Under the pieces are notes generated by a model. That model worked only from the letters and a program-made list of their open reading frames with translations, did no database searches and was not told the DNA's origin. A DNA stretch of 64,000 nucleotides from Candidatus Sumerlaeaceae bacterium (GTDB taxonomy: Bacteria; Sumerlaeota; Sumerlaeia; Sumerlaeales; Sumerlaeaceae), in NCBI GenBank assembly GCA_049968255.1, contig JBMFRB010000001.1, positions 1-64,000 on the forward strand, given 5' to 3'. The position numbers and the translations under genes were made by a program. Shown here one piece after another: positions 9,261-19,677 of the stretch. Numbering within the stretch: the stretch's first letter is position 1; each line of letters opens with the position of its first letter.

Positions 9261-11183
9261 TTGGGACACACTGTGGGGAGAACTGACACTTCCATTGTGA
9301 CTGACAAATCTGAGCCTCACTTGCCACCGACAAAACAAATTGATGATGATGCAGTGCGCCGCGCGTGGCGGATCGTTTGTTGGGCGGGACTGCTGGGCAG
9401 CATTTACTATCAATTTTGTATTCTCGGGGCGCCCCGCAATAAATGGCTCGTCGATCTTGGAGCTCGTGCAAAAGATTTCGGTCTTATCGCAGGTGCTGGA
9501 GCCCTCGCCATTGCATTCCAAATTCTTGGTGCCCATCTGACCAATTTGGTTGTGCGACGCAAATTGGTCTGGATGAGCATCACGATCACCCACCGGCTTT
9601 TGTATACGGGTATCGTCGTTGCTCCCTTTCTGTTTACTGATCCGCACACGCGCATGATGTGGATCGTCCTGTTCGTCTTTTTGCACGATGCCTTGGCGCA
9701 GACGAGCACCCCCATGTGGTTTTCATGGATGTCGGATTTACTGCCGCGTGACTCGATGAACCTTTTTTGGGGACAGCGCCAACGGTTCATCACCGCGCTG
9801 ACAACGGTGTTTCTCATCATCATGGCATTGGGCTTCGACGTCTTTGAGAAACACGGGCACGTGTTGCTAGGCTACACCATCCTTGCATGCATCGGAATTA
9901 TAGCTGGCATCGTCGACGTTCTCCTTTTCAAATGGGTGCCAGAACCGCCGCATACGCCGCTGAAAGGAACTGTGTTCTGGACCACGCTGACAGAGCCACT
10001 TCGGCATCCAAAGTTCCGGAATTTTTTGTTTTTCATGGCTTACTGGAACTTTGCCATTTTCGTGGCCGCTCCCTTCTTTACTCCGTTCATGATGAAGTGC
10101 CTCAATATGTCGGCCCTCGTTGTCCAACTGATCTCGGTGGCTTCCTCCATCGGGGTGGTTGTTGGGTCGAATTATTGGGGTCTTCTTTGCGACGTCTTTG
10201 GCTTTCGCCGCATTTTGCAGGTGCTGGCCGTTGGAAAAGTCCTCGCGCCGGCGTGTTTCCTCCTCGCACTGCCGGATCAAAGGTGGTCCACCTATCTCTT
10301 GATGCTTCTCATGTTCTTCGATGGATTTTTGAACGCCGGCGCGGTCCTGGCCCCCCAGGGAGTGATGCTGAAATCTACGCCGCGGCGCAATCGCACGATG
10401 TACATTGCATCGGTCAATTTCCTTTCTCTGGCAATCGGTGCCACGGTGGCGTCGGTCATCATGGGTCAATTCATAGATTGGGTGAACGACAAGGGCACAC
10501 TGAGCCTAGGAACTTATCAAGTTACCGGCTACCACTGGGCATTCCTGCTTAGCACGCTGATGCGGGTGGGGGCGATTCCGCTGGCTGCCAACGTCCATGA
10601 CGAACGACGCGTTTCGTGGTCGGAAGTTCTGGGACCGATGATGTCATGGAAATCGTTTGTTGTGGCGCACTTGGTGGCCAGGTTGCAGTCATCAAAATCG
10701 GAATTTGAACGTTACCGCGCAGTCGAACGGCTGGCACACTACCGCACTCCGTTAGTAATCAAACCGCTTGTGCAGGCGCTGAACGATTCGAGCCTTATTG
10801 TGCGAAAGGCGGCCATTGATGCGCTTTCAGAAATTGGAACGCCCGAGGTGATTGAGCCCCTCAGCAAAGCTCTCTTTGATCCGGCGTCACAACTTCACGC
10901 CCGAGCAGCCCAGGCGCTTGCACGGCTGGGGAATCCGGACTCCCTACGCGCGCTCCTGAAGGGGCTGCGTTCTGCGGATCCACGTGTGCTCCGCGTCACC
11001 GCGAAATCTCTGTCCCGTCTTCGCGAGCCGGCGGCACTGGTACCGCTTATCAGTCTTTTTCACGAAGTCCGAGATGAGGACACGCGACGAGTGATTGCAG
11101 AATCACTTGTGCGCATAGCGGAAGTCTCCTCGGTGAAGGAGGTCTACGAGGCGTTGGGGCAGCCCGGTGCCGATCTTCACTGA
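9261..11183 (+). CDS. MFS transporter fused to C-terminal HEAT-like repeats
   Basis: About 12 TM segments (WMSDLLP..., GLLCDVFGFRR loop) followed by PBS-lyase/HEAT repeats (LVQALNDSSLIVRKAAIDALSEIG; AAQALARLG). Start codon uncertain. Confidence 0.8.
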   Translation: MGHTVGRTDTSIVTDKSEPHLPPTKQIDDDAVRRAWRIVCWAGLLGSIYYQFCILGAPRNKWLVDLGARAKDFGLIAGAGALAIAFQILGAHLTNLVVRRKLVWMSITITHRLLYTGIVVAPFLFTDPHTRMMWIVLFVFLHDALAQTSTPMWFSWMSDLLPRDSMNLFWGQRQRFITALTTVFLIIMALGFDVFEKHGHVLLGYTILACIGIIAGIVDVLLFKWVPEPPHTPLKGTVFWTTLTEPLRHPKFRNFLFFMAYWNFAIFVAAPFFTPFMMKCLNMSALVVQLISVASSIGVVVGSNYWGLLCDVFGFRRILQVLAVGKVLAPACFLLALPDQRWSTYLLMLLMFFDGFLNAGAVLAPQGVMLKSTPRRNRTMYIASVNFLSLAIGATVASVIMGQFIDWVNDKGTLSLGTYQVTGYHWAFLLSTLMRVGAIPLAANVHDERRVSWSEVLGPMMSWKSFVVAHLVARLQSSKSEFERYRAVERLAHYRTPLVIKPLVQALNDSSLIVRKAAIDALSEIGTPEVIEPLSKALFDPASQLHARAAQALARLGNPDSLRALLKGLRSADPRVLRVTAKSLSRLREPAALVPLISLFHEVRDEDTRRVIAESLVRIAEVSSVKEVYEALGQPGADLH

Positions 11184-11902
11184 GTCGGCGCAATGGTGGC
11201 GATATTCACTGGCGCAGCGTCGGTGGGGAGGTTATCCCACACCCGCTCGAAGCGTCCGTCTGGATGGACGCGGGCTACGTAAACTGCCGCATTCTGCGGA
11301 ACCCTGTGCCAGATCGCATCGAAGCTCTCGCCACGGCATAAGCTGTCGAGAGCACGGACGATTCCAGAATGGGTTACAAGAAGAACGGTCTGGCCAGCAT
11401 GCGCGGCGGCAAGGTCGAGTAGAAAAAGGCGGAGTCGTTCGCGAACTTCCGCCATGGTCTCACCGCGTGGCGGTGCCCACGTTTCGCGCGAACCGCCGAC
11501 ATCGTGGAAACGTGTGCCTGGGTAAAGCTGCTCGATTTCAGCCGCTGTGAGTCCTTCATAGACGCCATAATCACGTTCTCGAAGAGCAGGGTGTGTGAAT
11601 AAAGAAACAGCGGCATCATCGCCAAGCAGAATGCGCACCGTCTCGAGCGCCCGCCCTGCGTCGCTGGAATAGGCTAGCTGGATGGGATATTCTGCAATAA
11701 TTTTGCGCGCCTCCTGGGCTTGCTGACGACCCAGCTCGGTGAGGGGACTATCGAGGCGCCCCTGCCACCGGCCTTGTTCGTTCCAATGGGTTTGACCGTG
11801 GCGCACGACAACCACTGTCACGGCATGCTCGTGCGTTGCACAATGATCCCGAACGTTTTCCATCGTTTCCGCAAATACGGATAAACACCGCAGGGGATTC
11901 AT
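11177..11902 (-). CDS. Histidine phosphatase (phosphoglycerate mutase family)
   Basis: VVRHGQTHWN...QG, SSDAGRA, LRERDYG, RGET and VTHSG motifs; start may be 11863. Confidence 0.9.
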   Translation of the reverse strand: MNPLRCLSVFAETMENVRDHCATHEHAVTVVVVRHGQTHWNEQGRWQGRLDSPLTELGRQQAQEARKIIAEYPIQLAYSSDAGRALETVRILLGDDAAVSLFTHPALRERDYGVYEGLTAAEIEQLYPGTRFHDVGGSRETWAPPRGETMAEVRERLRLFLLDLAAAHAGQTVLLVTHSGIVRALDSLCRGESFDAIWHRVPQNAAVYVARVHPDGRFERVWDNLPTDAAPVNIATIAPTQ

Positions 11903-11988
11903 TTTTTCAGCGTACTGCCGTTATTTGCACTTTGCATTGTGCCGACCATGTCGTGTCATTGCAATACACAGATGAGCTCTGCTACGGG

Positions 11989-12480
11989 GTGGCGACAGTG
12001 GCGCGACGTGAAGGACAACTTATTTATCGTGAGGTGCAGTTTTTTCCGCTGTGGGCGAATGCGGCGGGAATAGTTGGCAGTGTAGGCGGGGCTGTCGCCA
12101 TCGCTAGCACACCAGGGCTGCCTCTCGCGGCGAAAGCACTGCTCAGTCTGCTCGTGTTTAGCGCGTTTGTTTTCATCTCAAGCATGCGGCTAGAAACCGA
12201 AGTCAGGACCCAAGGCGTGTACGTTCGGCTTCGCCCGTTTTGGTGGATGAGGCTCAATTTGCGTGATTGCGTCTCGCACGAGCCTGTCGTTTACCGCCCA
12301 ATCCGTGATTACGGCGGGTGGGGCATCCGTTATACATGGAAAGGGCGCGCTTACAACGCCCGCGGCAATCGTGGTGTGCGGGTAAATCTTCGCGATGGCC
12401 GTCACATTCTCTTGGGATCACAAAAGCCTGAAGAGCTGGATGCGGCCATAGCTGAGTATCTGGCGAAAGAACAACGCTAA
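11989..12480 (+). CDS. Small membrane protein (DUF6141-like, YGGWGIR motif)
   Basis: YREVQ.F, two TM segments, YRPIRDYGGWGIR...AYNARGNRGV...LLGSQKPEEL; GTG start inferred. Confidence 0.7.
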   Translation: MATVARREGQLIYREVQFFPLWANAAGIVGSVGGAVAIASTPGLPLAAKALLSLLVFSAFVFISSMRLETEVRTQGVYVRLRPFWWMRLNLRDCVSHEPVVYRPIRDYGGWGIRYTWKGRAYNARGNRGVRVNLRDGRHILLGSQKPEELDAAIAEYLAKEQR

Positions 12481-12568
12481 ACCCTACGCACAGGCTTTGG
12501 GACTTGCTTGCTAGCGAAAAGGAGCGTCGGGTGCTCCTCGCGGATATGCCAAGAGTTCAGCCGGTGCG

Positions 12569-13621
12569 TTACCGACGCGCCACGAATTGCCGCAGAAACC
12601 GAACGTCGTTTTCGTAAAAACAGCGGATGTTTGTGATGCCATAGCGAAGCATGGCAAAGCGCTCCACGCCGAGGCCAAAAGCAAAGCCGGAAACTTCTTT
12701 TGGGTCGAGCTCCACGTTTTCGAGCACGTTCGGATGCACCATGCCGGCACCAAGCACTTCGATCCAGCCTGTCCCCTTACAGATGCGGCATTCAGCATTA
12801 TTGCCACGGCAGGCGAAACACTGCACATCCACTTCAGCGCTGGGCTCGGTAAATGGGAAGTAGCTGGGCCGGAAGCGGGTGGCTAAGTCCTTGCCAAACA
12901 TGGCGTGGAGAAACTCGGTGAGAGTTCCCTTCAAGTGAGCAAAGGAAACGTCGCGGTCTACGAGCAATCCTTCGACCTGATGGAACACAGGCGAATGCGT
13001 GACATCTATGTCGTCCACCCGATAGACACGACCTGGCGCGATGATTGCGATAGGCGGCCGATGAAATTTCATGTAGCGAATTTGGACCGGCGAGGTGTGA
13101 GTGCGAAGGATTGTGCCGGGCGCAAGAAAAAACGTATCGTGCATATCGCGCGCCGGATGATCCGAGGGGATGTTCAGAGCATCAAAATTGTAGTACTCGG
13201 TTTCGACTTCGGGGCCAGTAGCTACGCTGTAGCCCATGGAGACAAAAATTCGTTCGATTTCGCGCAGAGTTAGCGTGAGAGGGTGAAGAACGCCCGAAGG
13301 GCGAAGAGGCGGGGGCAGCGTGACATCGACTTTCTCGCCGGCAAGACGAGCCTCGAGTTCCACCTCGCGCAGGTAGTGCAGACGTTGCTCGTACGCATTT
13401 TCGACGCGAGTGGTCGCTTCGTTGATCATGGCCCCCGCAGCGGGACGCCGCTCAGCGTCAAGCTGACCAAGAAGACGCATCAACTGACGCAGCGGTCCCT
13501 TCTTGCCGAGAATTTCCGGCTTCACGCGTTCAAGGTCAGCCACACTCTGTGCTGACGCAATTGCTCGTAGCGCTGCACTTTCTGCTTGGGTCGTTTCTGT
13601 CTTGAGTTGCTCCAAGTCCAT
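12569..13621 (-). CDS. pheS: Phenylalanyl-tRNA synthetase alpha subunit
   Basis: HPARDMHDTF, LRTHTSPVQ, FHQVEGL, RFRPSYFPFTEPS, GFAFGLGVER motifs. Confidence 0.98.
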   Translation of the reverse strand: MDLEQLKTETTQAESAALRAIASAQSVADLERVKPEILGKKGPLRQLMRLLGQLDAERRPAAGAMINEATTRVENAYEQRLHYLREVELEARLAGEKVDVTLPPPLRPSGVLHPLTLTLREIERIFVSMGYSVATGPEVETEYYNFDALNIPSDHPARDMHDTFFLAPGTILRTHTSPVQIRYMKFHRPPIAIIAPGRVYRVDDIDVTHSPVFHQVEGLLVDRDVSFAHLKGTLTEFLHAMFGKDLATRFRPSYFPFTEPSAEVDVQCFACRGNNAECRICKGTGWIEVLGAGMVHPNVLENVELDPKEVSGFAFGLGVERFAMLRYGITNIRCFYENDVRFLRQFVARR

Positions 13622-13854
13622 GGTGGTTGAAATCTCGGGTACGGCGCCCGATGAATTTCAAGTGCTAGATTCGCCGCTATCACCATGAAATCCCGAGAAA
13701 ACGGACAAGTCACGCGGGCGAAACGGGAGAGATGGAAGCAGTGTTCCGATGAGTTGCCGCGCCCGAGTGTAGACCACAAGGGAGTAAGGTGCGAGAAGAG
13801 CGTGCCGTTTGTTTCTCGCGTGAACCGCAATCTAAAAAAAGGACAGTCGCTGAG

Positions 13855-14763
13855 ATGGCTTGGTTCAAAAAGGAAAAGTACACGACGTTGAAGCCTCCGG
13901 TGATGAAAGACCGCATCCCAGAAGGGCTGTGGACCAAGTGCGAGAATTGCTTCAACCTGGTTCTTACGAAAGATTTTGAGGAGAATCTGAAGGTCTGCAA
14001 GAAGTGCAACCACCACCATCGCATGACAGCGCGTGAGCGCGTCGCGATGCTCGCAGATGAGGGAACATTCCGTGAAATGTTCACGAACGTCCAGCCGACG
14101 GATCCGCTGGGCTTTGTGGATTCAAAACCCTATCACGAACGATTGAAGGCCGCGCAGAAAGCAAGCGGACACGATGAAGCCGTGATGGTGGGAACGGCTG
14201 AAATTGACGGCATTGCGGTGGGCCTTGGCGTGATGGTGTTTGAGTTTGTCGGCGGTTCGATGGGAAGCGTGGTGGGTGAACGCATTGCACGCTTGATCGA
14301 ATACTGTAGCGATCACTTGCTGCCTCTCGTCATTGTGAGCGCGTCGGGCGGTGCCCGCATGCAGGAGGGCATTCTGTCGCTTATGCAAATGGCAAAAACG
14401 AGTGGCGCTTTGGCACGACTCGCGGAGAAAAAGGTTCCTTACATCAGTGTGCTGACGAATCCGACGACGGCAGGCGTGATGGCTAGTTACGCAAGCTTGG
14501 GCGACGTGATCATCGCCGAACCGGATGCACTCATTGGTTTCGCTGGACCACGCGTTATTCAGCAGACGATCAACCAAATTCTGCCGAAGGGTTTTCAAAA
14601 GAGCGAGTTTGTGCTCGAGCACGGCTTTCTCGACAAGGTGGTCCACCGCAAGGATTTGAAAAAGACCATCGCCATGTTTCTTCATTACTTCACGGGCCAA
14701 AACCCGAGAAGCTGGAGCGCTGAAGGGACCGCCGAGGCGACAGAAAATAGTATTCCAGCGTAA
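13855..14763 (+). CDS. accD: Acetyl-CoA carboxylase carboxyltransferase beta subunit
   Basis: IPEGLWTKC..C...C..C zinc ribbon, GGSMGSVVGE, SGGARMQEG, IGFAGPRVI; start MAWFKK. Confidence 0.97.
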   Translation: MAWFKKEKYTTLKPPVMKDRIPEGLWTKCENCFNLVLTKDFEENLKVCKKCNHHHRMTARERVAMLADEGTFREMFTNVQPTDPLGFVDSKPYHERLKAAQKASGHDEAVMVGTAEIDGIAVGLGVMVFEFVGGSMGSVVGERIARLIEYCSDHLLPLVIVSASGGARMQEGILSLMQMAKTSGALARLAEKKVPYISVLTNPTTAGVMASYASLGDVIIAEPDALIGFAGPRVIQQTINQILPKGFQKSEFVLEHGFLDKVVHRKDLKKTIAMFLHYFTGQNPRSWSAEGTAEATENSIPA

Positions 14764-14765
14764 CT

Positions 14766-15272
14766 GTGAGCGAACGCAGAGAGAGAACTCCTGATTCTTC
14801 ATTCGGGGAACAAGGGCCGATTCGTCGCATCAAAGTGAGGATCTACGTGGAACCTGATGCGGCCGATCTGCCGATCCCTGAATATATGACTCCGGGTTCA
14901 GCTGGAGCCGATCTACGGGCAGCAGTCAAGGACCCGGTGACGCTTGTCCCTGGCGATTGGGCTATGATTTCTACGGGGCTTCGCCTTGAAATTCCCAAAG
15001 GTTACGAGGGGCAGATCCGGCCACGTAGCGGCCTTGCAGCTCGTCACGGGGTAACATGTCTCAATGCGCCGGGGACCATTGACTCTGATTTTCGCGGAGT
15101 CGTCCAGGTTATTCTCATCAACCATGGCGCGGTGCCGTTCGTTGTGCGGCGTGGTGACCGCATCGCCCAACTCGTTATTGCACCCGTGGTCCAGGCGGAG
15201 TTCGAACGAGCAGAGAAACTAAACGACACCCACCGCGGAGAAGGCGGTTTCGGTCACTCGGGGATGGGTTGA
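14766..15272 (+). CDS. dut: dUTP diphosphatase
   Basis: AGADL, RPRSGLA, GTIDSDFRG, RIAQL, RGEGGFGHSG motifs. Confidence 0.97.
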   Translation: MSERRERTPDSSFGEQGPIRRIKVRIYVEPDAADLPIPEYMTPGSAGADLRAAVKDPVTLVPGDWAMISTGLRLEIPKGYEGQIRPRSGLAARHGVTCLNAPGTIDSDFRGVVQVILINHGAVPFVVRRGDRIAQLVIAPVVQAEFERAEKLNDTHRGEGGFGHSGMG

Positions 15273-16189
15273 GATGCTCGACGATCCGCAAATATTTGCG
15301 CAGAAGTGAAGGCGTTTGCCTTGCAAGCCGCTTCGCGAATGCTGGGAAATGCGAGGTCCAAAACGCTCGCGTGATCCGCGCCAGGAATTTCCGTATAGGT
15401 GATGATGCTCGAAGACTCGGCGGCCATGTGTCGGCTCATGGCTACCGGAACGATATCGTCGGCATCACCGTGGAACAGCCAGACTTTCGGTGGTGGCGTG
15501 CGGCGCGCCAACGCCCTCAGAGTGGAGACGTTGTCAAAGCGGTCGCGCAGAAGATAACACAGCGGCCATCCCACGCTGCGGCGCGCCATATCGAGAAGTG
15601 AGCTGAATGGTGCGAGGAGAAACACTCGCGAAACCTCATAGCGGGTGGCTAATTCGAGAGCTACCGCACAACCTAATGAGATCCCCAGCAAGGATGTGCG
15701 CTTCGCCAGATCGCGAGGCGATTCGTTGAAGAAACGCGCTGCCTTTTCGAACGCGGCAACAGCCGTGGCGACAATTGTCTCACGCGTTGGTCTTCCTTCA
15801 TTTAGCCCATAGCCTGGGTATTCCACAAGCAGCACGCCGCTCGTGCAGGGAAGAATGAGCTCGGCATAGTCAAGCCAATCGAGCGCCAATGACGCGTTCC
15901 CGCCAAAAAACACCCAAAGATGGACGTCGGCCTTTGGGTTCCCCCTCGGACGCAAGAGATAAGCGCGCTGCCGTGTTCCCCTCACTGTGAATTCTAAGAT
16001 GGCTGCTCTGCCTTCTTCCAGGTGCTGGCTCAACAAAGCCTCCGGTGCCACGTGGTAAGCGTGCGGGAGGTAAATGAGGCGACGCTGAAAAATATATAAC
16101 AAAATAGCATAGATACTCAAAATGAGAAAAAACCCGATGCCAAGCCCTTTGACCCAAGGATGGGCTGAATTGAACATGTTCACAAACAT
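15254..16189 (-). CDS. Alpha/beta hydrolase (ABHD12/13-like) with N-terminal TM
   Basis: FQRRLIY, FGGNA, EYPGYG, GISLG nucleophile elbow, HGDADDIVP and catalytic His (GADH). Confidence 0.88.
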   Translation of the reverse strand: MFVNMFNSAHPWVKGLGIGFFLILSIYAILLYIFQRRLIYLPHAYHVAPEALLSQHLEEGRAAILEFTVRGTRQRAYLLRPRGNPKADVHLWVFFGGNASLALDWLDYAELILPCTSGVLLVEYPGYGLNEGRPTRETIVATAVAAFEKAARFFNESPRDLAKRTSLLGISLGCAVALELATRYEVSRVFLLAPFSSLLDMARRSVGWPLCYLLRDRFDNVSTLRALARRTPPPKVWLFHGDADDIVPVAMSRHMAAESSSIITYTEIPGADHASVLDLAFPSIREAACKANAFTSAQIFADRRASQPIPE

Positions 16190-16219
16190 CGCAGCCGTTT
16201 TCCCTCGCGCATTTCGACG

Positions 16220-18001
16220 CTATGGCTTCCTAACTTTTTCGAGTAACTTGCTGGCCAGGCGCCTAAATTCTGCCACATAAAGGCGCATTTTCTCCAGCTC
16301 TTCGTGCTTGCTCGGGAATGGCCCTAGAAACTGGATTGCGGCGTTGCAAACTTCGGAAGACAGGCTGCGCTCAAACTCGAGAAACTGCAGGTACACATTC
16401 TCTTTCTGCTCATCGAGCAAGTCAGGCTCGACAGCGACCTCGGCGAGCTGGCGTTCCGCACTCGCGGAAACAGTGCGTGTCGCAGCCCAAAGACGACGGT
16501 TTTGAATAGCCTCGCGCATCGTGCGCGACAACGGGATCTGTTGCTTGAGCGCGAGAACAACGTCTGCGGTTTCAATATCTTCTTTGACGCCGTAAACGGC
16601 GTAGAGTGCTTCAACGATTGCCTGTTCGATTTCAGCACCGGAATAACCTTCGGAGATTTCCGCCAGATAGCGTAAATCAAAACGACGAGGATCGCGTCCG
16701 CGCTTTTCTAAATGGATCCGAAAAATCTCCACACGCTCCTCGAGAGCGGGTAAATCTACGAAGAAGATTTCATCGAAGCGGCCTTTGCGCAAGATCTCGG
16801 GCGGGAGTTCTTCAATCTCATTCGCTGTGGCCACCACAAAGACGGGCGCCTGTTTTTCCTGCAGCCATGTGATGATGGTGCCGAAAAGGCGCGACGTGGT
16901 GCCAGCGTCGCTGGCACTAGACGACTTGACGCCGCTGAGCCCTTTCTCGATTTCATCAATCCACAGAACAACCGGCGCAACGGTTTCAGCCGTGACCAGC
17001 GCACGGCGCACATTGAGCTCGGTCTCGCCAACCATCTTGCTGAACAAGCGTCCCACGTCCATTCGCAGCAGCGGAAAACCGAGCTCGTTTGCAATGGCTT
17101 TCGCCGCAAGGCTCTTCCCACAGCCCTGCACGCCGACCAGAAGAACTCCGCGTGGCGGCACGAGCCCAAACTCGCGGGCCCCCGGCGACATTGCTTTCTT
17201 GCGTCGCACCACCCATTCTTTGAGGACCTCCAGGCCACCAACTGACCGAAGGGTTTCGGGAGCTTCGATGTACTCGAGCAGCCCACTTTTCCTGATAATC
17301 TGGCGTTTCTCGCTGTACACGAGCGAGGCTTCTTCCTTTGTGAGCCGCTGGCACAGCACAAGGGTTTTGGCGAAAACATTCTCAGCTTCGCTGAGTGTGA
17401 GTCCGATAGCCGCGTCCACAATGGCATCCACGGACTCGGGCGACAGGTCCAGTTTAAGACCAGGGTTGCCTGCAATATCGGTCGCTATTTGCTCGAGCAA
17501 CTTTTGAATTTCTGGGCGGCCAGGCAGCGGGTAGTCTACGATGGTAAGATCTTTTTCAAGCTCCTCGGGGATACGCAGAATCGGCGAGAGAAGGATCACA
17601 GTCGAAAGCGAAACGCGGAGGGCAGCCGCCAAATCTCGGAGTGTGCGCTTCACGTTCGGATCGCTCATGAAGTCATGAAAATCGCGAAAGACAAAGATTG
17701 CAGCCTCTGTGCTCTCGAAAACATCACGCAACGCAACGAGCGGATCTTTTGTCCCCTTCTTGCCCTCGATTGGAGTGGTCACTCCAACTCGATAGCGCGC
17801 CAGCCCCTGGACAATAGACCAGTCGTATAGCTTTTTGCCAAGCACGGCCGCGACTTTAGCAAGCTCGGCCATGACACGGTCTTCCTCCCAGCTCACCACG
17901 TAGACGAGCGGATAACGTGCCCGTATCAGGACTTCGAGCGACGGAAGTGTTTGCGTCCACTTCGGCTGAGAAGCCTTCTGATTTGCGCCGGTTGCTTTCA
18001 T
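16220..18001 (-). CDS. Ycf46-like AAA+ ATPase
   Basis: [17 protein letters not shown]-terminus, [16 protein letters not shown], Walker A GVQGCGKS, Walker [24 protein letters not shown]; start uncertain (18001 or 18049). Confidence 0.88.
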   Translation of the reverse strand: MKATGANQKASQPKWTQTLPSLEVLIRARYPLVYVVSWEEDRVMAELAKVAAVLGKKLYDWSIVQGLARYRVGVTTPIEGKKGTKDPLVALRDVFESTEAAIFVFRDFHDFMSDPNVKRTLRDLAAALRVSLSTVILLSPILRIPEELEKDLTIVDYPLPGRPEIQKLLEQIATDIAGNPGLKLDLSPESVDAIVDAAIGLTLSEAENVFAKTLVLCQRLTKEEASLVYSEKRQIIRKSGLLEYIEAPETLRSVGGLEVLKEWVVRRKKAMSPGAREFGLVPPRGVLLVGVQGCGKSLAAKAIANELGFPLLRMDVGRLFSKMVGETELNVRRALVTAETVAPVVLWIDEIEKGLSGVKSSSASDAGTTSRLFGTIITWLQEKQAPVFVVATANEIEELPPEILRKGRFDEIFFVDLPALEERVEIFRIHLEKRGRDPRRFDLRYLAEISEGYSGAEIEQAIVEALYAVYGVKEDIETADVVLALKQQIPLSRTMREAIQNRRLWAATRTVSASAERQLAEVAVEPDLLDEQKENVYLQFLEFERSLSSEVCNAAIQFLGPFPSKHEELEKMRLYVAEFRRLASKLLEKVRKP

Positions 18002-18171
18002 ATCTGGAGAAGCTTTTAGCACAAGCAAAGGGGTATTGTCGAGAAGCAAGGCAGAGCGACGAGCAGATTTTGCTTTATTTTGAAAACATCGCTTAGCTTT
18101 ATCGCGGCGGAAGTAAATTCATTTATGCTGCCCGCTGTGGGCAGTGACAGATCATTCTGGGAGGCGGTACA

Positions 18172-19584
18172 GTGAGTGACGCAGCTGCAAACATCGCTGA
18201 TGCATCTGGGCCGAAGCCGAAAACGGAGCGATTATTGTCGTTGGATACCCTGCGGGGCATCACCATCGCGGGCATGATCCTGGTCAACAATCCAGGTTCC
18301 TGGAACTACGTTTGGGGTCCCTTAGGACATGCGCAGTGGGACGGATGGACACCCACTGATCTTGTTTTCCCCTTCTTTCTGTTCATGGTTGGAGTAGCGA
18401 TGACCTACTCATTCGACAAACGGCTCGCGCAAGGAGTGAGCCGGCGAGGCCTGATGGGACACGTGATCTGCCGCGCAGTCGTCCTCTTCCTTTTAGGTCT
18501 CATTCTCACAGGATTTCCGAACTTGCGGCTCATCACGCCCTACATCCTTGGCATCATTGGCCTGGAGATTTTGCTAGAGCGGCCCACGCGCAAGCCTGGC
18601 GCGCCGATTGGTTATCTTTTGCCCTTGGCGCTCCTCTGCCTTGTGGGTGCGGTAGCGTGGTTCGTCTACGATTTCTCGTATTTTCATTCGCCTACCACTC
18701 GTTCGAGTTGGGCTGATCTTTTCCCACGGGCGCCGGATCCTCAAAGGGGTAGCTATATCCGTGTACCAGGGGTGCTCCAGCGCATCGCCATGTGCTACGT
18801 CGTCGCAGCATTCATCATGGTGCTCACATCTAACATTCGCGCGCGGCTGGCCTGGATTGTCGTGCTCCTCAGTGCTTACTGGATTGTGATGACTTTTGAG
18901 GATGCGCCAGCGGGCTATCAGATAGGCGGCGGTGCCCCTAATATCGTCGTCGATCCCCCACCGACTGCACCTTATCCGGGACGGCTCAACGATTGGATTG
19001 ATACGACCTTGCTCGATGGTCACCTTTACCGGCATCGGCCTGATCCGGAGGGGCTTCTCAGCACAATTCCAGCCATCGCAACAACGCTCATCGGAGTATT
19101 GGTAGGCACATGGCTGCGCTCGATCCGCTCTCAACACGAGAAGGTTGCCGGGATGATGGTGGCGGGGTTTGCGCTTCTTGTTCTCGGGTCGGTCTTCGAC
19201 TTGTTTTTTCCTATTAACAAGAAAATTTGGTCGCCGAGTTACACTATTTTCACCGGCGGCTGGGCCATGCTGTGTCTTGGATTCTGCTATTACACGATTG
19301 ACGTGTTAGGATGGAAACGCTGGGCCACGCCATTCTTGGTTTTCGGCACTAACGCCATCACTGCGTTCTTTGCGTCGGGGCTGCTGGCACGAATCATCGG
19401 AATGATCACGTGGACTTTGCCCGATGGGAAACAAACAAACCTTAAAACCTACTCTTTCGAAGCGTTGCACAGCGTGGTGTCACATCCCTACTGGGCCTCG
19501 CACCTTTGGGCACTCGCATTTGTCATTTTGTGGTTTCTGCTTTTGCTGCCACTGTACCGCAAAAGAATCTTTATCCGCGTGTGA
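18172..19584 (+). CDS. HGSNAT/NagX-like transmembrane acyltransferase
   Basis: RLLSLDTLRGITIAGMILVNNPG, HAQWDG.TPTDLVFPFFLF, PGVLQRIA, DPEGLLSTIPA, PINKKIWSPSY, FGTNAI. Confidence 0.9.
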   Translation: MSDAAANIADASGPKPKTERLLSLDTLRGITIAGMILVNNPGSWNYVWGPLGHAQWDGWTPTDLVFPFFLFMVGVAMTYSFDKRLAQGVSRRGLMGHVICRAVVLFLLGLILTGFPNLRLITPYILGIIGLEILLERPTRKPGAPIGYLLPLALLCLVGAVAWFVYDFSYFHSPTTRSSWADLFPRAPDPQRGSYIRVPGVLQRIAMCYVVAAFIMVLTSNIRARLAWIVVLLSAYWIVMTFEDAPAGYQIGGGAPNIVVDPPPTAPYPGRLNDWIDTTLLDGHLYRHRPDPEGLLSTIPAIATTLIGVLVGTWLRSIRSQHEKVAGMMVAGFALLVLGSVFDLFFPINKKIWSPSYTIFTGGWAMLCLGFCYYTIDVLGWKRWATPFLVFGTNAITAFFASGLLARIIGMITWTLPDGKQTNLKTYSFEALHSVVSHPYWASHLWALAFVILWFLLLLPLYRKRIFIRV

Positions 19585-19677
19585 GTCCCGAGACCAACCT
19601 CTAGCTGTAAGTAAAATGAGAACGCCACAGTTCGTTGCGAGCCATGGCGTTCTATATTTTTACGGCAAACGTGCGGC

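Noticed and set aside
13622-13854. T-box leader upstream of pheS
   Set aside because: No T-box consensus (GGTGGNACCGCG) or specifier-stem motifs found on the minus strand.
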